Shown piece by piece: positions 1 through 12,467 of a stretch of 64,000 nt of DNA. Numbering within the stretch: the first letter of the stretch is position 1; each line of letters starts with the position of its first letter. The position numbers and the translations under genes were made by a program. The notes below the pieces were generated by a model that did not search any database, had not been told where the DNA came from, and saw only the letters and a list, made by a program, of their open reading frames with translations. Source of the DNA: Lingula anatina (Eukaryota; Animalia; Brachiopoda); NCBI GenBank assembly GCA_051362555.1, contig CM120641.1, positions 33,858,401-33,922,400 on the forward strand, read 5' to 3'.

Positions 1-131
1 TGAAGTTGTTTGACAGTGTGAGGAAGCTGCTGCTCAATGTATCTCACTGTGAGATGGCAGTAGCTTGTGGTAGATGGGTGGTGCAGGAACTGCCCATGGG
101 TAAGTGCCTCCACAACCCCTCCACGCACATG

Positions 132-210
<79 letters not shown>

Positions 211-3200
211 TTCTATATGTAAAACAGGCTGCCTTGTTTTCACTGGAGTTAGTACTGCTGATTTATCTTGTGTCAAAGATACTAAAATTTTGGACTTACG
301 GTTGAGACCAACCTAAATGGCTGTGTAAGATATGCCCAAGATAAATAATTGATAATTCAGATTGATAATTCAGATGTATGTAAGAGGATCAGTTTATTCT
401 AAATTTTAGTTCAATCTAAAATGTTTAGTATTTCATGGTGTCAGTTGCCTGACATTGAAAGAGAATTGTCATAATGCGGGGAAAACTTGTTTTAAGTTTA
501 ATTTTAATGTCAGATTTACAGACTGCAGCTTTTAATAATTTGGCTAAAATCATTGAGCAAATGTACTTAACGATGTGTGTAAGATTTATTTGATCAAATG
601 TATGTTATGGATACCAAGCTGTATTTACAGTAAGTGGGTTTCATTTTCTCCAGGTGCTGAAAAAGTGGTAGCTCTGAAGTTCTGTGCCATGTTGGCACAG
701 AAATGGTTAGAGGTGTGTCCTCAAGAGGTAAGGTGATAATGGTCTAAGTGATTGTTTGCCTGAGAGAGAGAGAGAGAGAGAGAGAGAAATTCCTAACAAT
801 ATACCTAATAACCTCTGTCTGTAAATTTGAATTATATTTTCATTTCAGGCAACTCAAACTAATGAAATGCTTAAATCACTCTGGCTTTTTTTTGTAGGGT
901 CCAGAAAAGGTCAGAGCCCAGGAAGCATACAGCAAGTTCTCCCAGATGTGGTGTCGCTTGGCCACAGAACAGGTGCTTTACCAGAACAGACTGGCAGAGG
1001 AAGAGCTGCTTAGCCTGGCCCCACGGCCCACCAAACTGATCATGAAGCTGTATGACCACCCTAGCATACTACAGAGAATGGAACCTGGAGCACCCAGCAG
1101 TTTACCTGGTAGAAAAAGTTATCACTGTAGTATAGCAGGGGCGGATCCAGAGATGTTTTCTGACAGTCTTCCACATTATCTTTGTTGATCCATCCTCCAT
1201 TTTTTGACCATCTTCCGACAGAAAAAATTAGGTACTCATCAATGTAAACTTAAAAATTTGACCATCTTCCGAAAGACCCAGAAGACTGCCTCAACCCGCC
1301 CCTTTTGGTCAAGATTTTGTATATTTTTTTTTCAGACATCCACAAAATAGCAGACAGTGTTGCAGAGGTGAATAAAGTCAATGTTTCCAAGATCCGTCTG
1401 ACTCTGGTAGAAAAATGGATGCCCTCTGCATCTCAAGCAAAACAAGAGGAAGAAGACACTGTAAGTTACTGGGAGTTCAAGACAGCTTTTTTAAAATGTA
1501 TATATTTATATATAATTCTAATAGAAATACATATTTTATTTTGACTTAAAATCAGGAATTTGTTTATTTATTTTAACAAATTAAAATGACTTCAAGATGT
1601 AAAATTGTGATAAATTGCAGATAAACCGTTCAGGCAATAAGAAATTTTAAATGAAGATCTAAGTTATAGGGCAAGTTAGGATCAACAGTCAGAAATGCAT
1701 TTTCTGTATCCATTTAGGCTGTTCCAATTTGTAATATTGTGGGTATTCAGCAGTTTAAATGCTTCAAGATATTGCTTTAAAACTTCACTGTAGTTTCGAA
1801 GTGTCGAGGTAATAAGGCATGATTGCACACTTCAAAAATGATTCTCCTACTTTCAGACAATGACATTCGATTTCAAAATGAATTTGAATGCATCCCATGG
1901 TGAGGAACAGTCCAGTGAAGATGAGGACAATTTAAAGAGGTTGGTTGATATAGACATCACATTCAACCTAAGCTAAAAGAAGTCTTTGTTTTTTTCAAGA
2001 TTTGAAAAGTTTTTTGTATTCTTTAACTAAATTATTTATTGTACCACCAGCGTAGGCGCTGGCGGTACACATGGTTTTAGTCCCGACCCGTATGTTCCGC
2101 CGGCTCCGCCGGCTCCGCCGGCTCCTGCGGCTCCGCCGCCAAGTCACCGTTACCGCTTCTCCTCCTAGACGGTAAGGGCCTCCATACCCATCTCTTGGAT
2201 TTAGGTCACCTATAATCTCAACTCGTTCCACGTAAAATTTGGGCTTTGTCGGTATTGGGGTCTAGGTGTGGCACTCATTGCAATGCACCCTTGTCCAAAA
2301 ATGGCAAAATTAAATGCTAATTATCTCCCCTACGGAAGGAATTATGGGAAAAATTTCTACAGACAGCTTTCCAAAAGTCATATGTGTAGATTTCATATAT
2401 GCCCTTGGATTTGACCTTTGACCTTTATTTCAAGGTCAAACAGGCCAAAATTTTCAAAAAAACAAAATTTTTGCCGAAAAAAAAATTATTTGCGGCCTTA
2501 TTCAGATACCACACAGACTTAACTAATAATATTAATGGAAATTGTTACCCTTCGGGTCATCTTTCATCTCCGTGAATTTGGGGTCAATCGGTGCATTTTC
2601 ACGGGAGTAGCGGCCATAAGATATCGAAACTTAAAACTGTCTCTAATTTGGGAACCGTTATTGCTAGACACCCATTCTTTTTTGCATTTTGTAGAGCATG
2701 TAAAGCCCAACACTGTAGGTGGTCTCCGTTTTTTTGTATTCCATACCGTTTTCGAGTTACGCTGTATCAAAAAGTACATATTGGTGGTGAAAGCAAAATG
2801 TGCAGTACGGTAATGGATAATAAATTTTGAACTCCGGAAAAATAAAACATAAGGCTTGGCAAAGCAGACAACTTGTGGTCAAAAATGACATTATTTCATC
2901 AAATTTGAACATCTGGAACTTCAGAGCACCTCCCATTTCAAGAATTTTGACCAAAATGACCTTTTCTTTATTTTAATTAATTTTTTCTGTAGGAAATTTA
3001 TGGCACATTATGGTAACTCCAAAATTATAACATTTAGTCCCTTATATCTCCAAAACTGGCAGAGATAGGTCCATAGTTACTATTGAAGTTGAATAGGAAG
3101 TCACATACTGGCAATCTAAATGTGACCTTAAAATTGACCTTTGACCTACTTTTCACCATGAACTGAACTTTGCAAATTTTGCTTCCCTTTTATCTCCAAA

Positions 3201-6200
3201 ACTGGCAGAGATAGGTCCATAGTTTCTATTGAACTTGAATAGGAAGTCATATACTGGCAATCTAAATGTGACCTTAAAATTGACCTTTGACCTACTTTTC
3301 ACCATGAACTGAACTTTGCAAATTTTGCTTCCCTTTTATCTCCAAAACTGGCAGAGATAGGTCCATAGTTACTATTGAAGTTGAATAGGAAGTCATATAC
3401 TGGCAATCTAAATGTGACCTTAAAATTGACCTTTGACCTACTTTTCACCATGAACTGAACTTTGCAAATTTTGCTTCCCTTTTATCTCCAAAACTGGCAG
3501 AGATAGGTCCATGGTCTCTATTGAACTTGAATAGGAAGTCATATACTGGCAATCTAAATGTGACCTTAAAATTGACCTTTGACCTACTTTTCACCATGAA
3601 CTGAACTTTGCAAATTTTGCTTCCCTTTTATCTCCAAAACTGGCAGAGATAGGTCCATGGTCTCTATTGAACTTGAATAGGAAGTCATATACTGGCAATC
3701 TACATGTGACCTTAAAATTGACCTTTGACCTACTTTTCACCATGAATTGAACTTTGCAAATTTTGCTTCCCTTTTATCTCCAAAACTGGCAGAGATAGGT
3801 CCATAGTCACTATTGAAGTGGAATAGGAAGTCATATACTGGCAATCTAAATGTGACCTTAAAATTGACCTTTGACCTACTTTTCACCATGAACTGAACTT
3901 TGCAAATTTTGCTTCCCTTTTATCTCCAAAACTGGCAGAGATAGGTCCATAGTCTCTATTGAAGTTGAATAGGAAGTCATATACTGGAAATCTAAAAGTG
4001 ACCTTAAAATTGACCTTTGACCTACTTTTCACCATGAACTGAACTTTGCATATTTTGCTTCCCTTTTATCTCCAAAACTGGCAGAGATAGGTCCATAGGT
4101 CCATAGTTACTATTGAACGTGAATAGGAAGTCATATACTGGCAATCTAAGCGTGACCTTGAAATTGACCTTTGACCTACTTATTATCATGAACTGAACTC
4201 TGCTAATTTCTTTTTCTTTTAACTCCAAACCTGGCAGAGATAGGCCCATAGTTACTATTGAAGTTGAATAGGAAGTCATATACTGGCAATTTACTGTGAC
4301 CTTGGAATTGACCTTTGACCTACCTTACGATGAACTTAACTTTGATTGTACCATTTTTAGTTATATATATATTTTTTGCATATTTTGAAAATTCTTGTTG
4401 ACTGAATTTTTACAGCTTGGCAAGCACAAGACTGGTGGCTGTGTTCCTTATTTTGTATATGTGGGGGTCTATACGAATGCGCTTGCTCCAGCTGGTGGTA
4501 CAATATTCGGAGGCGGTATCGCCTCTCTGATCCTCTAGTTTAGTTTACGATTCTTATACTCCAACTGAAGCATCTCTTTTAGCAATTTTTATTCCATTTC
4601 TTTATGCTTTTGAAAGGAGCTTTTTTTTAATAGAATAGTGACTTAAAAAGATAATTAATTGAAACATTATACATTCCAGGGTGACCTACCTGTTGCAGCA
4701 TGGGCTACTGGAAACCAATGCATTGTTCTTGTTGAACTGTGCTTTTAAGGTATAAAGCTGTAAAAATTTTGATGTTTTCTAGAAAAGATTGAAGATTCTG
4801 TGTTCTCTTTTATGCTTCTAGAAGTTTTTGTTGTTGTTTTTAAAATTAAGTTCATTTATTTTATTGTTTGCACAAATTATGATCTTATATCTGGGAATTA
4901 GAGGTCTGATAAAACTAAATCTTGACCCATGATTTTGTCACCAATTTGATAACCATTCAGAGAAAGGGGAAACAAACAATCAGACGACAACAATGCCAGA
5001 TGACTGTGATATTGCAACTTTTGATGTTATCTTGAAGTACATTGATATTCATAAAATAGTTACTGCTTTCTGTTTATGATGCTTTGCTGAGCTTTAAAAA
5101 AAAGCAACATCAACTCGAATTCAATCAGTGATTTGATTTCATTTTGGTTTCTTACTGACATTAATTGGCTCATAAATACAATTTCAACTTGGACATTTGT
5201 GAATGAAACATCTTTTTCTGTTTGCAACTAGGAGACATCAAACAAAATCAACCACATGAGCCGCATTCGAGCCCTCAGATGCCTGCTTCAGCTGGTGGAC
5301 ATGCCAACCATTGAGAGACTGTCTGGCAAGAAAGAAGAAGAAATTAAGTAAGTTTTATTGTCTCATTACAAATTTCATGTTAAATTTTTCATAGATGTTC
5401 ACACAGCAGAAAATATGTGAATACAGCAGACAACTAGTGGTAAGATTAATATTGTATGGCAAAACATGCCCCTGTCCATGTGTCACTGTCATCACTTTTA
5501 TTGAAAAATCAACTTTTAAATTTGATGTTATTCTTTCCCAGAGGTTACCTGCACACCTTGCTGTACCTGGTAGAGCTGGAGAAACTCCATGTACCACACA
5601 CAAGAGAGTCATTTGAAAGCTGCAACAAGGAAGGCCTTGTACGCGGACTGTGGAGAAATCACAGCCATGAAAAGAAGGTGGGACTTCAGTAGACGTATGC
5701 TCTTCTACAATCCAACATTGTATTCAAACTTGTACCTTGAAAAGCTGAATTCCATGGAATATTTCCAGTGTATTTAAGGTGTTTGCATTGAAAGATATGG
5801 AGCTGAAAGGCCTCCGCAATTATCTTGAAATATGGACATTTGAGTGTTGTATTTATGTATCTCCACCCTCCCTTATATAGCTGTGCATCTTCAGCACTTG
5901 CATTTTCTATCTTTGAAGATATATCATCTGGTGTAATGGTTGGTAAGTTGTATGCAAGTGTGTCAAGTCCCCCACCTTTTCATTAAAATTGATTAATAGA
6001 AATTATGCAAAATTTCTTCTAAAGACTAAACCATGCATACAGGCTCAGCGTAACACTTATTCCCAACTATTTCAGACATGCTCTTCATGTACGCATGCAA
6101 ACACACTATTTTTTACTGTGAATTATTTTTTAATTTTTGTAGGCTGTCCGTTTAATTGTTGACTTGTGCCTCGACTTTGAAATATTTGAAGTTCAACTGT

Positions 6201-8468
6201 GGAATAGTGTTTTGCAACAATTGCTTGCCTTTGGAATGGTAAGTCCATTGCAGTATGGTGACACCAGTCTACAAATTATTGTTTTAAGCTGTTTTATTAT
6301 TATTATTATTATTTTTTTCATGTTTATAAGATTTATTTCCTAAGATCAACTCCAAACACTTTACCATGTAAGAAGCACTTTTAAATAAGTTTTACTGACA
6401 GAACTTTTTATTTACAGTACTTTGGGTTTCAATGTAGAGGTATTTGTGACAATTAAATCTAAGACATATTATTCTTAATAAACAAGATCAGGAGTCATTA
6501 TAATTTTCACCTGGTCTTGTATCTGTTCAATCCTGGATCTATCACACCTTTCTGGAAATTATTCCATCTTAGCTATGAGAATATTATGTGGCACTTCACA
6601 ATTAACAGCCAAGCCTTAATCTTACCAGCACTAAGTAGCACCATTTGGCTGGTACATCCAGCTAGCTGAATATAAGATAAAAGACCTGTTCTATTTTTTC
6701 CCTTTCACAAAATTTATGCCATTTTCCTTCACTCTTTGTAAGAATAATGATTATAAGGAAATGCATTTTGATTTCAGATGGAGTACCTGTGCCATGTGCT
6801 GGTGTGTCTGTCAGGGGTGCCAGAGCTGTGGCAAGTCAGCTGCATTCAGAAGATGTGGAAAAGTGTCCTCTTTGCTCCTTTAAGTTCAGGTAATATAGTT
6901 ACCAAGGTAGATGATGCTTGGCTTAAAGTCACAGTTTTTGACTGAACTAGGAAAAGTTCATTTTGGCTAAAATTGAAGAATAAAAAGTTGAAAAAGTTTA
7001 TATTTGATTAGTTTGAAATGTTAATGTGTAATTTTAGTTTAAATTAAGTTTCCTGTATCAGAATTGTATGCATCTTTATGTGTAAATGTTATTATTATTA
7101 CAGTTGGCTTAATGCTTTTGAACATTATTTCCAGCTGTTCCACCACTCTCATATTCTCAACAAGAAGAATGTGCCCAGTCCCTGATTCTTTTGCACAGGT
7201 AAGTAGTCAGATAATTTTTACAGATAAAATTAATTTTAGCTTATTCATTTGAAATCTGGCTAAATTAACAGCAATAAAAAAAGAGGAAATGGGACACATT
7301 GATCGATGTGACATCTGGTCAAGTTTGTATAGTGCTTTTGTTTTTATATGAGTTTGTGTATAAGTTTGAACAGCAGATTTTCACTTTTCTATGTTGTAAC
7401 ATTTCAAGAGGTGTACTCAATTTCGAGTCAATTTCTAAGTTGTCTATATAAATATTCATACTGTATTTGATCATCAGATGTCCAGTGCTCTTGGACATGG
7501 ACCTGCAGGGCCTGTGTAAGCAGTATGTTAGGCTAGAGATGCAGGCCTGTGCACTGGCTTGCCTGCTTATGATACCTGCAGCCAAGAGCAGACAGGAGCT
7601 GATTGAGGTGAGTCCTGTGTGTGTGTGTGCGTGCGCGCACGTGTGTGTGTGTGTGAGAGAGAGAAAACTGGGGTGATCATAGGGGGAACTCTCTCTGCAT
7701 GTGAGTACATGTGGGTGGGTGTATCAATTCCATGGTTTAAAATGTTCAATTTTGGTAAAAAAGTTTTTTAATGTATAATATCCATGTAAGATATCGTTAA
7801 AGCCATGTTTTTGATAATGTAAGAATCAAAAGTTCAGGACACTAGTATATTCATACATACTCATAATGTTCAGTTAACGTGGAGGACTTATACGAAAATG
7901 CTTTGTTTCTAGAACTTACTGAGTTCAGGCTGTGCACAGGATATTCTTAGTCAGCTATCAGAATTTACAGAGAGGAAAATCAACATACCACTGCATAAAC
8001 AGGTCAGGTCTTTCTTCTTGTTTAATATTTTCCTAGTTTTTGTTTTAAAATCTTTAGCTTATTTTAACATCAAAATTAAAATCTGCAGACATGCCAGTTG
8101 ATCATAGACCAAAAAAATTCTAGTTCATGTCTAAATTTTGTGCCCGATTTTATTATTTAATTTATATGTCAATTTTGCTGCAGTTTAATTATTTTGGATT
8201 GCTGAGTGACATGCCATGGTCTTTAAAGGTTTTTGTTCTAAAGGGAATCTAAGCTCTTTCCTTCCTCTAAGGATTGTGTATATTGTACTTTTTTTTTCAA
8301 GTATCATCCATTTGGATTAGGTTTAAGGTATTTAGTAAGTTTCTTCTGAATATTTTTCATAAATGCAGGTGAAAAAAAAGTGTTTAGTATAACATTTTGC
8401 CACTTCTGTTCCAGATTGAACAATCTGCATTATTGTGGCAAAGCAGGACAACAGACAAGGCTGGTTAA
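1..8468 (+). CDS. KNTC1: Kinetochore-associated protein 1 (Rod, RZZ complex), C-terminal 14 exons; 5' part lies upstream of the window
   Basis: Phase-consistent GT-AG exons: <1-99, 654-727, 898-1108, 1336-1460, 1857-1939, 4680-4749, 5232-5347, 5542-5677, 6143-6238, 6778-6889, 7135-7198, 7478-7607, 7913-8002, 8415-8468 (TAA). Translation includes ALKFCAMLAQKW, LYDHPSI, DIHKIADSVAEVN, KEGLVRGLWRNHSHE, AVRLIVDLCLDFEIFEVQLWN and CPVLLDMDL..ALACLLMIP, collinear with the human KNTC1 C-terminal region as recalled (ALKFCLYLAERW, LYEHPSI, KEGMIKGLWKNHSHE, ALACLMLMP). Confidence 0.93.
135..209. repeat. (AC)n microsatellite
   Basis: Uninterrupted AC run in the first KNTC1 intron of the window; it explains the THTH/CVCV ORFs. 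Confidence 0.97.
762..787. repeat. (GA)n microsatellite
   Basis: Visible dinucleotide run in a KNTC1 intron. Confidence 0.9.
1136..1304. mobile_element. MITE, CAGGGGCGGATCC-terminated family, copy 1 (right end degraded)
   Basis: Near-identical to 27677-27854 and 33809-33976; termini CAGGGGCGG / CCGCCCCT. Confidence 0.85.
2035..4540 (+). mobile_element. Non-autonomous Helentron/HINE (DINE-1-like) element with an internal satellite array
   Basis: 15-bp subterminal inverted repeats TATTGTACCACCAGC (2037-2051) / GCTGGTGGTACAATA (4491-4505); 5' hairpin GTACCACCAGC..GCTGGCGGTAC; (GGCTCCGCC)n simple repeat at ~2095-2140; 3' hairpin GAGGCG-GTAT-CGCCTC (4510-4525) followed by CTAGTT; T-rich flanks. 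Confidence 0.8.
3045..4345. repeat. Tandem array of ~9 x 146-bp units inside the HINE
   Basis: The unit TATCTCCAAAACTGGCAGAGATAGGTCC... recurs at 3045, 3191, 3337, 3483, 3629, 3775, 3921, 4067 and ~4220; the last unit is diverged. Confidence 0.95.
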
Positions 8469-8503
8469 AGTGGAAATAAGTTCAGTTTGATGGAAGGAAA
8501 AGC

Positions 8504-8620
8504 CTGTGGGGGCAGTCATGGTTCTGTCGTTTATTTCTCAATTTTTGGATACTTTTGCCTCTGTGGGGGCAGTCATGGTTCTGTCGTTTATTTCTCCATT
8601 TTTGGATACTTTTGCCTCTG
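8504..8620. repeat. 57-bp tandem duplication in the KNTC1 3' UTR
   Basis: CTGTGGGGGCAGTCATGGTTCTGTCG...CTTTTGCCT at 8504 and 8561, one mismatch. Confidence 0.92.
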
Positions 8621-10110
8621 GACAATGGACTGGGACAATGAATGCAGACTATGCACACCACTGTATACTAATACTTGTAAAATTAATTGTTCTAAAAAAG
8701 GGACAGATGGTTACAATACTTTTAGTATTTGCCTTTGGTCACATGGAGATTGACTTATTGTATATATTTTGATCATTTGTTTGGCCAATAGTCATGAATA
8801 GATGAAGCAAAAAAAAAAAACTTTATTCAGCTTATATATATTTTGCATATATCATATCATCTGTTGCATAATTTCTTTTATTTATCATTTCATTATCACA
8901 AAGAAATATTCCAGCATAAAAATCACTTTTAAAAATACAATGAAAGTGCAAATTTTATTTTCTCAACTCTGATATACTAATATCAGATTTACAACTAGTT
9001 TAATTAGTACATATGAAAATATAACTATTATAATAATATTTTCTTTAAAGTGGGGGTTAAATATCAAAAATATTTTTTGAATTGCTTTTCAGAAGAGTAA
9101 TTGTAATATGTTTTGGTTTTCACTTCAAATAAAGTGTACAAAATACTGATGCCCTTGTAAAAATTTTAACCTAAATAACTTTCAGAGCACAAATATCAAC
9201 ATGGGCAATACTAAAAGAGTTATAATAAAAACCTGAAAAAATACACCTCTCAACAAAAAATTTGTTTTAAAAAATGGATCAGTATAAACCTCATACAAAG
9301 ACTATTAAAAAGATGTGGATGATATAATGTACTGTATAGTAATTATAACTAGATGCAGATTTGACAAAAAAAGGTATTGCAGGCTCTCAAAGGCCTGTCA
9401 AAATTTAGGTATTGCCAGCCCTGACAATATTTTATAGGTACAAATAACTTTTCAAGACATAATCCAAGTGCACACCAGTATTTTACTGGTTTTCCAAAAA
9501 CATTTAAACAACTACTGTTATAAACACAATTATGTGCACATCAGTGATATATAAGCAATAACTGGCCCAATTCATGTTTAAATTTTTATGTACATTGCTG
9601 GCCTGACTTCACTGTTGCTTTCAAAAGTTAAACAGTTCAAGTAGGAATAATATACTCAAATCTCCATTTAGTCTTCAGTTAGGATTTTCACTATGGCATA
9701 AAGTCACTTAAAATATAACAATCTCTTTGTCACTACTACAGAAAGTATGGCATACTCTACAGAGCTTAGTAGCAAACACTTGGAAGTCAGATTCAGCTTG
9801 CACCAGGCCTCTAAAATGGTAACAAATTATTCTATAAGTGAAAAAAAAAATATTCAAACTGAAATTTATTATCAGTTATCTGCAGGAAAAGGCAATCTCA
9901 CAAAACCCCAGAAAAATTAAATGACGGATCTCCAATAAGATGCCCCCCCTTCCTGTACAGCTTCACAGTTAAAAATTGAGGCACTGCATAAATTTTCTTG
10001 TATCTAAAATCTAAGCTCCACTCTTAATAAAACTACTTAATAAAACAAAATTTGTAAAATTTCAAATAAATAGAGACACCTCATCTTTAATAACATAGAT
10101 AAAAATAATA

Positions 10111-12434
10111 TCACATAACCATACAAGTTGAACTTGTAATTCTCCCTGAGTTTTCATAGTCAAATTTTGTTGCATCGTCTTTTCTTTTGGTGGGTGAAGT
10201 ATTTACATTGCTGTTACTAGAACCATATTGCATAGATTGTTGCCTGGACACAGGAGGAAGAGGTTCAATCTCTGGCATTGTTAATGTGTACCTCCTCCCG
10301 CGCTCATGAATACTCTTTCTTCTCGAACTTCCTGGCAAACTTGCCCGATGACTTTTAGACATGTCGACCATTGCTTCAGAGCTATGACTGTGAACAAGGG
10401 TTCCCTTCCTTTTCTGTTCTGTTCTACCAGGAAAAGTCTGACTGAGATTTTCTTGATCATTACAAGAGCTTCCAGAAGAGCTCGTTCCGCCATCTTGGAA
10501 ACTCAATGACCTCAAAACTGTGAGGTCTTGACTGGCTTGTATTGCTGATAAACGCCTTGTCTGGACGACAGGAGCGTTCTTCCTGTTGACTTCATCCAAA
10601 GTGAATGATAAGTGTGACTCTAATGCTTTCACTCTCTGACTTTTCTTTTCTATTTCCCTGTTCAGATTACAAATCTCCTTTTTAAGTTCACTGACTTGGT
10701 TGTCTTTTTTAGACAGAGCATCTTTTAATTCCTCTATTTCAGCTCGGCATCTTTTCAAAGCAAGCTCTGTGGTTGTCTGCTTATCTAGCAAACTTTTCTG
10801 AAGAAAGTTCCTGAAATTATGAAAAGTTTGAAATATAACAAAAAAGCATTGCAGTTATATGTTCTAACCTATACCATAAAAGCAACATAAAAACTGCAAG
10901 TTAAAAAAACAAAAGTTTAAAAAGACTTAAGCAAAACCATTACAGGCACAGGCAAAATATTGAAAAATTCTTATGCAAAATATATATCATAGAATGTATG
11001 GCAAATGCATTTAAGAAACTGTTCAAACTTAAGACCAATATGATATAAATAATATTGCTGAAGCTTAGATTTTTACAACTTGAATGTCAAACTGAAGATT
11101 GGATTGAAAGGTTAGGTTGATGCAAATAAGCCAGAAAACACAGCAAGCAGGTAATATTTTAAAAGACTGTTCATGAGATTTTTCTCATATATAATCTTAT
11201 TTTTATTACTTGACTTTTACTACTGAAATTGCTATTACCCCTGCATGAAAAATTAATGAAAGTGAAAATTGCAAAGTTTTCCAGAGGTGCAGCATAAACT
11301 GGGAGTGGGTTTGGTCAAGTTCTGGATAGATGATGAATGCCCCAGGTAACTGTTATTTTTTTTACTTCTTATCAGAAATCTCATGAACTTTCCTTGTTGG
11401 CTTATGTCACACTCACTTCGCCCATGCCAGCCAGTAAGGCAACCCGCGTTTCAAAGAACTGATTATAATTCTCCCACACCAAGCATGCTCTTTGCTATAA
11501 CCAGGGATGAGATTTTTCCATCTATTGGCAGATTTCCTACTTTTTGGGAGCCAAAAATATCATTTTGAGATCGATGCAGATCTGCAAGAAAAACTGAGGG
11601 TGGGGGTGGTCTGGACCCCATGCCACATTTTCTGACTTTCTTACTAAATGGCAGTCTCATCCCTGTATAAGTGCCTAAGAAAGCATGTGTTAGACTGGGT
11701 TCCCATAAACCTAACATACTAGCAGGATTAATCTAATACCGAGGGGATTCTCACTAAATTGCATTCAGTTTAAGCGGCTTAAATGTCTGTAAGGCCCACT
11801 GGAGCTGTTTCGGGGATAATGTACTTTCATGCATGCTTAAACTAAATGCAATTTAGCGAGAAAACCCCTTGAAGATAGATCGATTCCGCTAGTATGATAG
11901 ATGGGAATGGTCCCTTAGGCAGAGGACAGTCACCTTGAGTGCTCTGATACTAAGGGTGAGATACCATTAAGGCATGCCCACTGCAGACAATTTCACATTA
12001 GATCGGTTGCATGGTGTTATATGTATACATTCCCCCACACTGTCAATTTACTACACTGACTGATCACTGCACCAATAGCTCCCCACAGTGATATATATTG
12101 TTGGATAGGACACATTAAAATTACATTTCCATAAATCCAGATAAAAAAATCTCATAAGATAAAATAATCTCAGTCAGCCAATCAATAACATGATTTTCTA
12201 CTAAATCCAAATAAAAATATTTAAGAAGTATTCACCACATTAAGCAATCTTTCAGCGTGGGGATCTATGTACAGCATAGGAAAAAAGGGTCTATCAGCAT
12301 AAAGCCAGCTGCACAACTGTATAGGGCACTGATAATATAATTATGTTTGACTGATAGCCTATGTCACAAGGTGGGTCCTAGGTCACAACAAACAGATTTG
12401 GATTGTATTAATAAAACATGCCCTTATAATGAAC

Positions 12435-12467
<33 letters not shown>

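Noticed and set aside
6-316. ORFs with THTH/CVCV runs
   Set aside because: Read-through of a KNTC1 exon into an (AC)n microsatellite.
1995-2954. Short ORFs including RRSRRS repeats
   Set aside because: Translation of the HINE simple repeat and body; no Rep/helicase motifs.
8487-8772. Two 88-aa ORFs with an internal duplication
   Set aside because: By-product of the 57-bp tandem duplication in the KNTC1 3' UTR.
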